Source: a virus (lineage: Duplodnaviria; Caudoviricetes). From it: 46,363 nt of DNA. The stretch is from the IMG/VR virus record IMGVR_UViG_3300037851_001498, positions 1-46,363 of that record. One strand, given 5' to 3'. Position numbers and translations under genes: made by a program. The notes under the pieces were generated by a model, which was not told the DNA's origin, did no database searches, and saw only the letters and a list, made by a program, of their open reading frames with translations. This document shows positions 19,801 through 25,216 of the stretch, in pieces (position 1 is the first letter of the stretch; each line of letters opens with the position of its first letter).

Positions 19801-20161
19801 TGGTCTCTTCTCCGGCCGTGTCGAAGAACCCACCACTGCCGCCGAAGTCCTCCTGGGCGGGTAAATCCCCCTGGCCGCCTGCAACCATGCTTTGCTGCGC
19901 CGGCGGTTCCGCAGCCTTCATCTCCCGCCGGTACGCCTCGCCAGTAGCCTGGTCTTCTGGCCCAGCTACCATCTCCTTTACAGGCGCCACCATGCCGATA
20001 AACTTTTCTCGGATGCGGTTCTGTTCGTCGTATGGTAGGGAGAAGAATTCCTGGTCTGCAAGGTTTAAGTTGAATTCATCGGTGGCGATACGGCGGCGTT
20101 CGTCGTAGGACATGCCGCCGGACTTCTTTTGAAGGTCGGCAACAAAGGCGTCGATGCTCAT
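4868..20161 (-). CDS. Giant polyvalent DarB-like internal virion protein (5,097 aa): GGDEF, inorganic-pyrophosphatase-like, DUF6908-like, N6-adenine MTase, Strawberry-notch SF2 helicase, zincin-like peptidase and LPD-type domains
   Basis: Uninterrupted ORF. DSLTGLGNRR/DADGLKWVNDTFGH/SGDEF (~17290-16890); PTEAQKEAGNYKKGH..DGDQIDV..FDEHK (~16725-16290); THYREQNGDL (~15500-15230); QFSTP/LEPSAGIG/MNPPF (~14400-13800); GDGTGVGKGR/FDESH/SATGA/QGLGRTHRS (~13400-11200); HELLH..EELLAD (~9930-9750); EEIQSDW (~8850); follows ejection-protein genes. Confidence 0.9.
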   Translation of the reverse strand: MSIDAFVADLQKKSGGMSYDERRRIATDEFNLNLADQEFFSLPYDEQNRIREKFIGMVAPVKEMVAGPEDQATGEAYRREMKAAEPPAQQSMVAGGQGDLPAQEDFGGSGGFFDTAGEETIPKAKRVADAWRKGDAQTKIGLLRSRQLMGEDTPEIRDEIEKLKKSMPPEFKGDRSLIEQAFSASAEMLPTMAEGIKQGATRGAMLGAGFAGMAAVAGQTGPQVALPEEAVTVPVTFATGYTIGQVSGSIESIGKIEAGLAYDELLDLKDADGNRLDPTIAKSAAAAVGVVNGAIEMSQIGLLLKTIPGADKLVAKAVNRAVVNTIKNKTLHGVALRAAGKYGGVVAAETGQEILQESTNILATEVAKEIDNESDIPAATRQDITKRLLDTAKQSALAFSLMAAPGTAVSTARDAKGVLLDQGEEAETPESLLGVEPLQPPDIKTVPPGTFEKQAEEQRQKRSPLQPSEIRTAPPGTVRDQADTLDAEEAAAAYDEEALTSQAVAISPDVSAAVHAQKTAPPLAPTQQTKRKYADLSRDELVKRTSNLIAAQHKRGLSEKQAANLAELKAEMTSRGITPADESAAAIDEALGVQEKGAREQASREAIAGLTAETGKSAQQSAQDMLVEEELLNNRIQRERLPQARQVAAENPDLVNTITNLDKAPSPERAEQAVAQAKLETVERELGGSISDAAPERLQQAFLVFRQQRRPDLEKIVQGEQDARVQRAEWLKEARKPADKGGPTTLGGFLRAIGGINPTNQKSDLSFRSDAASKAKIFSKTGVEMEKAKELAVREGWMLPSDDLEDILMNTPDTLKRGKLNTDTPITKNQKAQAAAFQESATAPDEMPPDYDKEGAYRRITARDLPEGSKVGLVIDGRYDRFTVVSNDVFGDEVVLRGTDSQFSIDPSKMIEVSTQDLPEQAQISGRRTVDRGEADRRTDTELRAKYDAMSNDERFKALYEDSLTGLGNRRAYNESPRKPAQVSIDADGLKWVNDTFGHKAGDELIRRIADGLKNTSLKAYHPSGDEFWAEADENIDVDGEIKRAKDYLSANPVTVSLPDGTTKTFVGAFSYGKGRSQQEAEQALKGDKAQRELSGERRPRGAEPPGVLGKGAEGRKDSDRRHDDHQEIDTLANEAATSPQNNLSEPTEAQKEAGNYKKGHVQVQGMDITIENPRGSTRSGVSKSGKAWRVEMKNHYGYFKRSEGKDGDQIDVFLGPHPESAKAFIVDQIDPEAGKFDEHKVIMGVDSEQAAKKAYLDNYETGWKGLGAITEISTDDLKEWVKSGRKRQPYGKLAAPEKTKMQKAAESYKAYIESLTDDQRAMVADLIQEVPKQPAMLEWQIKKAVAARSKKAAESSGSKTVENESNKELRLTNEPQDKDLSVSGQRRNLPGNDNLWYTVHKNLDKSYAVTIGHHTDSSVARVYGQGDTAKAAYTRAVAQLRPDIREAAGEKKLTFDEFEKAYRYAFEQGHKYTPGQAGFYTWSEKMAELSDEYPEWAEAVENKQPEKQEGEAPKRPAILEAKAQTGNAAKNIARLLYGLGIQDEIMAGEDFHRRIKNPPWQDLVIERHQHHTGPQAIYLTHYREQNGDLIGDGEMVFAVMPDGRLRLIETAVQNAMTGGEMRANDYTFANIFAKNLIAQGFDKVAAMADVKKESASAVGRESFIASMESTGKAVDAEGKTFKLVKETQGYSVAVLNEDGRKASHMQGPSGHGWGWKKNEAIRQAAIRAVFDDKAPATPIVTKFEIGDTVRPKPGSGVSEKNGGRVQHIRTHEDGSQHIKTENSGNLHFKASDFEIVEKEHAIEAQPAEESITNTPSRNLAAWVKDQIDADKRFDWRDLFEQANKEYGGTQAQGKYTPKDAYDAMEMGVNLWLTQNLPLRTIRGDFGGRELSPMETIDRLKELISKLPTQTKRTEEQQQFQQFSTPPPLAFAANWVANLQPEDVYLEPSAGIGGLAIFAKGNVAKVHVNELSKRRAELLKALGFENITTENAEQLDNILPEDVRPTVIVMNPPFSSTAGRVERNKTKYGAQHVEQALARLEDGGRLVAIVGRGMADNAPIFHDWWTRIKKKYNVRANIGISGADYTKYGTSFDNQILVIDKTGPSGQNIVKGFVDHFEDLPTLLKGVRDERQKPRTSQPPASEPVRQDTSESVRRPTEPKRNPRSEPAAPGDGERQGGSGATPGWRSGAVSSESDRHADLESAEGGQPARPGEPGQPEPRVADRRTSGEGQRPRSPESNLKVENEAHKERRELTDSIFESYRPKAKIEGNRPHPTPLVESAAMADTEAPDATYSPSLPKEVIQGAKPGDPRGLSEVQFESVIYAGQSHAKRLPSGARRGFFIGDGTGVGKGREISGILRDNWEKGRKKAVWISESWDLINDAERDLRDSRWDDGVNHLFSQKSYKLGASLEKPEGILFTTYSTLRGGFSEYREDQPESFNNLNIRLNQLVNWLGKDFDGVIAFDESHNMANAAPKKGERGVKKPSQMALAGIALQRRLPEARVVYVSATGATEVENLVYADRLGLWGEGTPFNDSISFVNEISRGGIATMELIARNMKSLGLYLARSLSYDQVKYDRLTHTLDKSQAAKYDELARAWQSVLHNIDEAVKITGSDKQSANYSAFWGAHQRFFNQIITTMQMPTAIDAVKKDVEAGNAVVLQLVNTDEAQQERALNRREEGQELEDLDMTPRENLMAYLENSFPIQQFEEYTDENGTIRKRPVYDDDGKPVINREAKAMRDQLLSNVASIVMPNGPLDFLIQELGHENVAEVTGRGRRIITNTKTGKQEIEKRSSKAVQADVDQFLDDKKQVLVFSGKGATGRSFHADKRFKNQRPRKHYLIQPGWRADKALQGLGRTHRSNEVSAPEFILVTTNLKGQARFLSSIARRLDQLGALTKGERKTGSQGIFQARDNLESDYATEALTKYIEDVVHGKAKVSFDDFESQTGLVLVNPISGGIEVPPIVKFLNRLLSMEIDTQNMVFDEFSATMDRVIQDYADTGRLDVGIETITGNKVEKVDEQIVYTDQDTGALTKYVQIDVTNPTDLMTFDKAQEHFLESGGFYRNKASGRVWISSGLRSKTDSKGNPYQYRALTSPHKTNQIKEVADLEGEKWEKLNAKEARKAWQAEYDAAPKTSTARHHLITGNILPIWNRLTGKATVYRMQTDDGERYLGRVIPTEDLQQTMLALDIASGKVEVSPEEIKERVMNQSALVRLSDKWAIRRAVVSGDERIEVIGPDYDTIHWARQVGLIVENIQYRNRYFIPTNGQAAGIIKKVIDFKPIISIEAKAGPRLTPMFSRRHIDKKGKANVPSKRKLQKGHDYGTITEAAELLRKAIEDYQSRPIPTGTITEAPQAMPDGPHAFAQRLAAIFGKQVTHVYNHRPDLVDFDGVTIGNNRIYLNATSKKPHMTVVGHELLHELRRDHEDLYFQFLDAVRDLIRNFDEYQRRMDELTKREGVNLSEDRAMEELLADFVGDQMGEKEFWDALAKRQPSIFQSIVDAVKKFLLKIINRLQVTPGAPSPYIKDIQAAREAAADAFAEYAKRQAAGATAARNKGARLMSAPKADKWYSQMRNVIAQKMTNGPAAQVKATLESWAKKGEFKAEELEWSGLLQWFEEQNGKVIKQQVLNYLDSNAVQVIDVEKSADSEDILKDTKFSQYQLPGGENYKELLLTLPQRPDTQTLWKREWETFTASMREKYGYGWASYENRKKLSAEDLSTLRRLEKLSDEFGNLFDRSGVTEFHSSHWSEPNVLAHVRFNDRTSPNGKKMLFIEEIQSDWHQKGRKSGYKGILPEGWVVKESRPTSARLGNPWAVYDKNGQQIFADKTKELAVQGAMEISGAVPDAPWKKTWPMLAFKRMVRYAAENGFDAISWTPGDVQAERYDLSKHLKEVRIEASLIDSPYHSLIGVDHRDRPGIDRTISKEDDIADYIGKDAAEKLLAQEWERNPNGGWIKRLSGLDLKIGGEGMKGFYDRILPAEVNAFFGKKVWGHGKVVQGEISTDSFTDGQFEKLPLDALNEDGNLVVHSLPITPEMRQKALREGMPLFARKNDKKIDHAEVLSPEVQVRMKAARGVPLAKVWERIVEDLKEFGRQRAHFPSLQKIVDKALRAKLNDLLRIHQEIPETVKLKAIQMIQGLTRDLSKDGFEVYRMNIILADMARDINKGLLDDGHLPFGFKTKEEVLKALDDYKKLVVDNPEVSRALTRRNDMINGIKERLVKAKLLKREVLDDEDYFHHQVLQYWTDKYGLSVGSGEVRTKWRPWMAARKGSALDYNTEYVEAEFMAVSQQLAQLETVETLKRIKAEADIYSDLKYQAKDQNWTNLWEKLRAEGRLDVDPLTGEEKSKELQAIKAMIAWSNEGLGRMAAEDKLEYDSDWSDFVQALADAYNNHRDLKEMEDNIGDVGSFGFDDPRWFHFLSYLLDRKLNGANYSATIFKAIKERDRFIKNELGDNFLTFQNLIPEGYTTWKPEPGKGWFWASTVTESMINRMIAGELDPKDAEFRKVLARGRELIWVIPQGLAETMDKFYETSEPSWLGKKADWLQSFWKQYILLNPYSVLRYNLNNMSGDLDICLAYAPEIASKHYAFNAAKDLLAFMHGKEMPTALKSELTEARRLGVIGSGFSVQEVNDVLKVLSMDGFVKHAILQESPSKASPKTWIENYWKFVQQMTGFRENVLRLAAYRFFKENADKRLYGVSKVEEVNAIEDKNERAAKLARELLGDYGNISKTGEWLRKRLIPFYSWLEINAPRYVYMMRNSKYENRETGSAAGRVAAVTGKRMVMSAAKLALRANILYGLIMLWNMLLHPDEEEELGESGRRQLHLILGRREDGSIMTVRFQGAWSDALSFFGLEDWPQDVKDVVKGGMSLGEKTIAMAKDAYSALVNRGVQSLRPDIKSFGEVTSGYTLYPDVFTPRPVRDRVEHLMKTFKLDSIYRSAMGRPSRGKTPGAPAAVQAMQQLVEDLTGVMSYDSDPGEMAYYDTRSAAFEWLEKKGDEKRFGGRPNKKGNALYWYKQAMKFGDIDAAHRYLTKYYELGGTPRGRIESIRRSHPLASIPKKDRFEFRKSLNPDQERRLKMALDWYKRTYLIGEMIQEPEEEMAR
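10042..10203 (-). CDS. Candidate nested +1-frame ORF (53 aa) in helicase-peptidase linker
   Basis: ATG 10203 (or 10209) after weak AAGG; main-frame codons turn A/T-ending over this span; same frame as the two stronger nested ORFs. Confidence 0.3.
   Translation of the reverse strand: MEQSPKPPSCSEKPSKIINLDRYLPAQSLKPPKPCLTVLMLSRKDSQQSSESK
13441..13776 (-). CDS. Nested overprinted gene (+1 frame, 111 aa, acidic helical protein) inside giant gene
   Basis: SD AAGGGAG just upstream of ATG; G/C-ending codons in this frame (CTG, AAC, GAG, GGC) while the main frame is an R/P/S/G-rich linker with A/T-ending codons; ORF spans exactly the MTase-helicase linker. Confidence 0.75.
   Translation of the reverse strand: MSDKSLEQVNRLPVNQYAKTLLSQYGGQPNPSEIHVLNLLRLAMESGKVDLERRLGGDLEQSVLSLIDMQTWNPQKVASLLDLENLDNLSPESLIEELLERVNDLEVQNQI
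16774..16947 (-). CDS. Nested overprinted gene (+1 frame, 57 aa) at GGDEF C-terminus
   Basis: AGGAG-9nt-ATG; MEKDEASKKPNKPLKVTRLNVNFRENGDPEGQSLQEFWEKAPKGAKIVIGDTTIIKK*; G/C-ending codons; below ORF-track cutoff. Confidence 0.6.
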   Translation of the reverse strand: MEKDEASKKPNKPLKVTRLNVNFRENGDPEGQSLQEFWEKAPKGAKIVIGDTTIIKK

Positions 20162-21336
20162 CTTTTATCAACATCCTTCCAGCTTGCTCCGCTGTTGTTC
20201 TGGTACCTGCCGTAAACGTCCTGGGACATCTTTTGGTAAATATCCCATGCCCTGAGAGCATGCTGGACTTTTGCCTGCTCGTCGGGGGTCAACTGCTCTT
20301 TGCGCTGGTATTTGCCTGCAAGTCGCTGGGCAGCATCGAGGGCCGTCTTGCCTTCGTCGGTGAGGTTGCCCTGATCGTCATAGGTGGCTTTCGATCCGGC
20401 GAACGGCTTGAGCATGACTTCCAGGTCGGCCTTGTACTGCTTGGCCTTATCGGCAGGCTTGGCGCCGGTCGCCTCGGTGCGCGCCTTTTCGGCCTGGGCG
20501 CGGGAAGCATCCGTCCTTGCCTGGATGCCCTCCAACTCGGCGGCATCTTTTTTTTCCTGCATCGGCTGCCGTTTGATGTCCAAAATCTGCTTGCGGCCTT
20601 GCCAGGGGGTGAAGTCCGATTGTGGCTTGACGAATTGCTCAGTGTTTGGATCGAACCCGCCAAGGATTTCCCCGGTCTGAGGGTCTATCAATGTTTCGAT
20701 GATCTCGCCGCCCTTGCCGATCATGGTGTAATGGTTTGCAGCGCGCCCCTTGGAATCTACCCAAACGTCGGGTTTTGATAGCAACTCGGCGTTTTTGGTG
20801 CGGCGCCACTCGGTAAACTTCTGGTCTGTTTCCTGGAATTTGTTCGAAAACGCCTTGGCCATTGAAAGGGCCTGTTGCGGGTCCGGGGTGTCGCGGTAGG
20901 CGCGCTGTCCTGTAGGCGTCTCGATCACCATCTTCGAATAATCCTTGGAAAAACCAACAATCTTGTTGCCGTCCGGCATGAACTGATACGCCTTGCCCAT
21001 GTCATCCCAGAAGCCGGCCGTATCTCCACCCTTCAGCTTCTGTTCGCCGGCGGTGATGAGATCGTTTAGTTGGGCCTGCTTTTGCTCCCTGATGATCTTG
21101 TCGGCCTCGGCGTTGTCCTTGCGGGTGGATGCGATGGCAGACGCGGCATTCATGTGGGCATCGAAGCTGTACCCATCTTCCTTTGGGTCGATGGATTCCC
21201 CGGCGGTCAGGCGGCGGCCGTATTCCTGGGTCTTCGCCCGTTGCTCGCGCAGATGGGCTTGCTGTTGGGACTGATTCCATTGGTTGGAAATCGCCATGAA
21301 ATCAGCAAAGGTTGGTCTTCCCCATTGGTCAGCCAT
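20158..21336 (-). CDS. Putative DNA ejection (internal virion) protein
   Basis: 392 aa Q/K/A-rich helical protein; SD AAAGGAG; ATGA overlap with giant gene. Confidence 0.65.
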   Translation of the reverse strand: MADQWGRPTFADFMAISNQWNQSQQQAHLREQRAKTQEYGRRLTAGESIDPKEDGYSFDAHMNAASAIASTRKDNAEADKIIREQKQAQLNDLITAGEQKLKGGDTAGFWDDMGKAYQFMPDGNKIVGFSKDYSKMVIETPTGQRAYRDTPDPQQALSMAKAFSNKFQETDQKFTEWRRTKNAELLSKPDVWVDSKGRAANHYTMIGKGGEIIETLIDPQTGEILGGFDPNTEQFVKPQSDFTPWQGRKQILDIKRQPMQEKKDAAELEGIQARTDASRAQAEKARTEATGAKPADKAKQYKADLEVMLKPFAGSKATYDDQGNLTDEGKTALDAAQRLAGKYQRKEQLTPDEQAKVQHALRAWDIYQKMSQDVYGRYQNNSGASWKDVDKR

Positions 21337-21348
21337 GTGTATTCTCCT

Positions 21349-21630
21349 TTAGCTCAGGGCATAGGCAAGAATTCCGACCACGGCACCGATGGCGGCGCCA
21401 TATGGACCGCCAGACGATCCATATTGTGCGCCTATGGCGGCGCCCGCCGCGGCTCCCCCGATTCCGGACATCATCCCGCCACCGACCGTCTTCGGGGGTG
21501 GCTCGGTCTCAGTCCTGGAATTCGGCCGCATGGCGGACCTGGCGCCGATTGCCATTTGCATGTGTCCCTGAGAGCGGTCATGGAAACCGCCGCCAGACCC
21601 TGAGCCAACTCTCGGAAGTATAGATGGCAT
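21349..21630 (-). CDS. Small glycine-zipper ejection protein
   Basis: GGAAAGAAIG..GAAIGAVVG glycine zipper; SD AGGAG; between ejection genes. Confidence 0.7.
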   Translation of the reverse strand: MPSILPRVGSGSGGGFHDRSQGHMQMAIGARSAMRPNSRTETEPPPKTVGGGMMSGIGGAAAGAAIGAQYGSSGGPYGAAIGAVVGILAYALS

Positions 21631-21638
21631 GCCTTCTC

Positions 21639-22559
21639 CTATAATGCGCTCATGGCGCCTTGCAGGCGACTGAATTGCGTATCCTCGGCGGTCTGTTTGG
21701 CCTGGGTTCTGGCCGCCGCAATGTCCTTAGCCATAGATATCTTACGGGTATCGACGGACGCAGCGTATCCAGGGTCAGAAGCATTCACGCCGGATGTGAA
21801 CATTTTTCGTTCGAAGTCTTTGCCGGCAAGATCATACGCTTGCTGCACTCCAGCCTGGGCTTCGTCCATCTTTTGTCCCACATTGAGCGGCTCCATCGCC
21901 CGAGTCGCATATTCTTTGGCGATGCTGGTCTTAAGTGGTAGAAGTTCACGCTGGGACTTGATCTGATCCATTGTTAGCCCAAGATTGGCCAGCTCTGCTT
22001 CGGTTTGGGCGCCCAGCAGGCTTTGATTGGCGTTGACGACGTTCTGGTAGTATTGAGCTTCGGACGTCTGGGCCTTGGGGTCGTACCCCTCGATATCGCC
22101 GCGCGTGCGCTGTTCCAATACATTTTGGTTGGCGATAAAGCGTTCAGGCTCGGGCTTGGGCTTGCCGGTGGCAAAGTCAAAATTTTCAAACGATCCCTCG
22201 GTTTGGTTGGCCTTATTCCACTTTGTCCACTCCGGGTTCTCGATCAAATACTGCGTGGCGTTCGGATCGTTCTTGAACTGATCGGCGTTCACCCACTTGC
22301 CGTCGATGGTCTTGCCCCACACCGTCTCATTAGGGTTGTAGGCCACGCCGTACATATACTGATTGAAGAGCTGGTCGGCCATTTCTTGCTGTTCTTGACT
22401 GATGGCCAGCATGCCGGCGTTATAAACAGGGTCCTGTGTGTTAGTGGTCGAGCTTCCGCCGCCCTTGCAGAGTGCAACGGGCCCATGGTATTCTTCCGAT
22501 ACCTCATCGATTACCAGCATGGTGTCGATATCGATGACGATTTTTGTATAGATTTTCAT
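21639..22559 (-). CDS. Ejection/pilot protein, P22 gp7-like with leader (306 aa)
   Basis: SD AAAGGAG, ATG 22559; MKIYTKIVIDI..EYHGPVALCKGGGSS leader; Q/A-rich helical body. Confidence 0.7.
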   Translation of the reverse strand: MKIYTKIVIDIDTMLVIDEVSEEYHGPVALCKGGGSSTTNTQDPVYNAGMLAISQEQQEMADQLFNQYMYGVAYNPNETVWGKTIDGKWVNADQFKNDPNATQYLIENPEWTKWNKANQTEGSFENFDFATGKPKPEPERFIANQNVLEQRTRGDIEGYDPKAQTSEAQYYQNVVNANQSLLGAQTEAELANLGLTMDQIKSQRELLPLKTSIAKEYATRAMEPLNVGQKMDEAQAGVQQAYDLAGKDFERKMFTSGVNASDPGYAASVDTRKISMAKDIAAARTQAKQTAEDTQFSRLQGAMSAL

Positions 22560-22564
22560 CGGAC

Positions 22565-23110
22565 TTACTCCTTTTTGAACGCTGACCGGGTAATATGGAA
22601 ATGGACACCATCCACACTTTTCTGTGAAGCCGCGTCCCAGATGTAATTTTCGACGGTGGCGCTCACGGTGACGCCGCACACCTTCAAGGCCATGACAGCC
22701 GGCACGTTGGCCGCAGGGGCGATGCCCCATATGCAGTCAATCAGATAGCCGCCCTGGGCATGCTTCAGGTTGAGCAGGCTTTCCATGACCATCGGCCCGA
22801 GCACAAGTGGAGACGGACCGGGAGACGGTCTCCAAAAACAGAAATGGGCATGCGCACGTCGATGTTCAAAGCGATTGAGCCAGGTGAATCCGCAACTTGT
22901 ATTCTTGTGGAAAAACTCAGCGAAAAAGAAAGCGGATTTGGCCGCTCGAATGAAGGCCTCCGCGTTGGGCAGGTCTCCCTCGAAGTTGAGCGCCGGCATG
23001 GTTTTTTCTTCGACGGACCGGAAGTACATACTGGCGAGGCTGCTGTCTCTGTAGGACGGAATTCCGTCATGTATGAAATACTGGACCAGCTTGAGTTGGT
23101 TATCGATCAA
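22565..23110 (-). CDS. GNAT-fold acetyltransferase-like protein
   Basis: CGFTWLN..AHAHFCFW..IWGIAPAANVPAV pattern; usual position before ejection genes; TTG start after GAGGAG (uncertain). Confidence 0.6.
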   Translation of the reverse strand: MIDNQLKLVQYFIHDGIPSYRDSSLASMYFRSVEEKTMPALNFEGDLPNAEAFIRAAKSAFFFAEFFHKNTSCGFTWLNRFEHRRAHAHFCFWRPSPGPSPLVLGPMVMESLLNLKHAQGGYLIDCIWGIAPAANVPAVMALKVCGVTVSATVENYIWDAASQKSVDGVHFHITRSAFKKE

Positions 23111-23315
23111 GTTTGCCGATCTCCTCTTCAGTGATGAGGCCAAGGGTCACAAGATCATCAGGTACAAGGGCGCGCTCTCTCTTCGGCGTCTGGCTCTTTC
23201 CTTGACCGATGAGGCTTTCGACCGCCTGTTTCAGGCTCTTCAACAGAGCGATTGTGCCAACCCAATCCCCTGGTCGTGGAACAGATGCGATTGCGAATTT
23301 GATCCGATTAGCCAT
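23100..23315 (-). CDS. Small virion-associated hypothetical protein
   Basis: 71 aa; coupled to tail gene; LKQAVESLIG helix. Confidence 0.65.
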   Translation of the reverse strand: MANRIKFAIASVPRPGDWVGTIALLKSLKQAVESLIGQGKSQTPKRERALVPDDLVTLGLITEEEIGKLDR

Positions 23316-25200
23316 AGTTGTGCAGTTCCTCCGGTGTTGGCGCCATTACGATCATGGTCACCGGGATGTATCCACTTATCTCTACCTCCAGCTTGGTATA
23401 GATGTCAGCCGCGGGCAGGCTAAAGACGGTCTCTTTGGCCGAAACCACCTCGGTATGGACCAATCGGCCGTCTCCATAAAACTTGATGGACACATCCAAG
23501 GAAATCGAAAACCCGGCCAAATCGTAAAGATCATCACCACCGACCAGGTAATCACCGAGGATATCGTCGCCGATAGCCCCACCAATATCCCCGGCAAAGA
23601 TTCCTGCATTGAGCGCCTCCAGGTCTATCAACCCGGAAATGGCATCAAACTCTTCCGCGTCTAAAAGCACACGGCAGTAGGCAATCTCTGCGGCAGCATC
23701 CAGAACGTTCAGTCGGCTTTTCCAGTTGGCGAAAAGGTAGTTTGCGGAATCTCCCTCCCACTGCTTCAGGCAAAGCGGCATATCGCCGGCGGGGGTGGAG
23801 CCAGTGACCGCATCCGGGTCATCGGTTGCCATGTAGAGAAGTCCGTCCTCTGGTGATATCCTGACGGCGTGGGCGGTGGCCATATCAACACGCACCACGA
23901 TCTTCCGCGCAAAGTCAAAGATAATCCCCGTTGTTGAATTGAAGCCTATGTATTGATCGTTGAAGAATGTGCCGATGGCCGGCTTGTAAGTCGGCCAGGA
24001 ATTATTATCGATGAAATCGGCAGATGCGTTTCCAGCAGCGACTGTATCCCCATAGGAGAAGGCCGCCCACCCATTTACGCTCGGCCAGTAAACCGTGCCC
24101 CTCCAGGAAGAAACAGCCCTCTTGTGGGAAGGGTCGCACGGTAGCCACTCATCGATATGATAAGGTGCCATGCTGTCGGGGTGCTGACCATAGTACCGAA
24201 CCGGTTTTCCGGTGGTGACCACAACGACATCGGTTCCATCGACCACCAGGGCCACGGGCTTGTATCGGCATACTCTGCGGTAGGCCATGGGGTAGGCGTG
24301 CGGCTGATTCGGCTCGCTGAAGACAATCATGTTTCCCGAAATGCCGGCAATCGATCCATTGTCCAAAAGGACGGGGCCGGTCATATCGTCCGGCGGCGGC
24401 AGGTAGGTGTCGGACTCAATCGAAGCGCCGAGGACAGCGACCTGTTCGCCGGCCGTGAAGTTGGCCGCATTCCAAGCGCCGGCAGGGTGGACCGTCGTGC
24501 ATTCATAAAGCTGGTTGGAATAGACTACGAATTCACCGACCGAATAACTCGTATCGTCCCTGAAGTACATGGCTTCGAGAACAAACTGGAATTCCGACCC
24601 TGATGCTGAACTGTTGACACGGTAAAGCCATATCCGGTCAATCGCTCTTCCCGCCGGAGCAGCCTCGATGCCGGATATTGTCACTCGGCCCGACGAGTAA
24701 TCCGAAATCGATCCGGGATTGCTACCAACTCCCTGATCTCCATATCGGTTCAACCATGTGTAACGGTATGCCCGATAGCTTGTTCCAGCCGCTCCGACCC
24801 GGGCCACCGCGGGAACTGTAGTCGGTTTCGGGATGCCGAGCTTGTAGTAATCGACCGATGGATCAAATCCTGTTCCGGATATGTTGTCGTTGGCGAAAAA
24901 GCGCGGCTCGGTCATTCCAGTGAAGAAAAGGCGCCTGTACGAATCGTTGATCCGCGGGCTTGCGGCGTAATCGCAATCCTCTTCGGTCTCCACCCAATGG
25001 ACATTCGTGCCGTCATTCCATGGGTAGATGGTCGCGATATCCAACAGGCCGAATGTTTGTATTCTGAGCGGCGCCCTGAGCGCGCGCAGGTCGCCGCGCT
25101 CGAACTTGCAGTTTACAGCCTGCTGAGCCTCATTGAGGCCCAGTAAGTTCGGCTCAATACCTGGCTTCATCCCATAAAATGGGCCATGGACGATGCGCAT
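23308..25200 (-). CDS. Tail nozzle/stabilisation protein
   Basis: 630 aa; F.G..P...P.LL...AQ.A.NC N-terminus, FSEPNQPHAYP, beta-propeller-like repeats, WKSR C-terminal motif. Confidence 0.75.
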   Translation of the reverse strand: MRIVHGPFYGMKPGIEPNLLGLNEAQQAVNCKFERGDLRALRAPLRIQTFGLLDIATIYPWNDGTNVHWVETEEDCDYAASPRINDSYRRLFFTGMTEPRFFANDNISGTGFDPSVDYYKLGIPKPTTVPAVARVGAAGTSYRAYRYTWLNRYGDQGVGSNPGSISDYSSGRVTISGIEAAPAGRAIDRIWLYRVNSSASGSEFQFVLEAMYFRDDTSYSVGEFVVYSNQLYECTTVHPAGAWNAANFTAGEQVAVLGASIESDTYLPPPDDMTGPVLLDNGSIAGISGNMIVFSEPNQPHAYPMAYRRVCRYKPVALVVDGTDVVVVTTGKPVRYYGQHPDSMAPYHIDEWLPCDPSHKRAVSSWRGTVYWPSVNGWAAFSYGDTVAAGNASADFIDNNSWPTYKPAIGTFFNDQYIGFNSTTGIIFDFARKIVVRVDMATAHAVRISPEDGLLYMATDDPDAVTGSTPAGDMPLCLKQWEGDSANYLFANWKSRLNVLDAAAEIAYCRVLLDAEEFDAISGLIDLEALNAGIFAGDIGGAIGDDILGDYLVGGDDLYDLAGFSISLDVSIKFYGDGRLVHTEVVSAKETVFSLPAADIYTKLEVEISGYIPVTMIVMAPTPEELHNYG

Positions 25201-25216
25201 GGTCTCCGCCCTTTGA

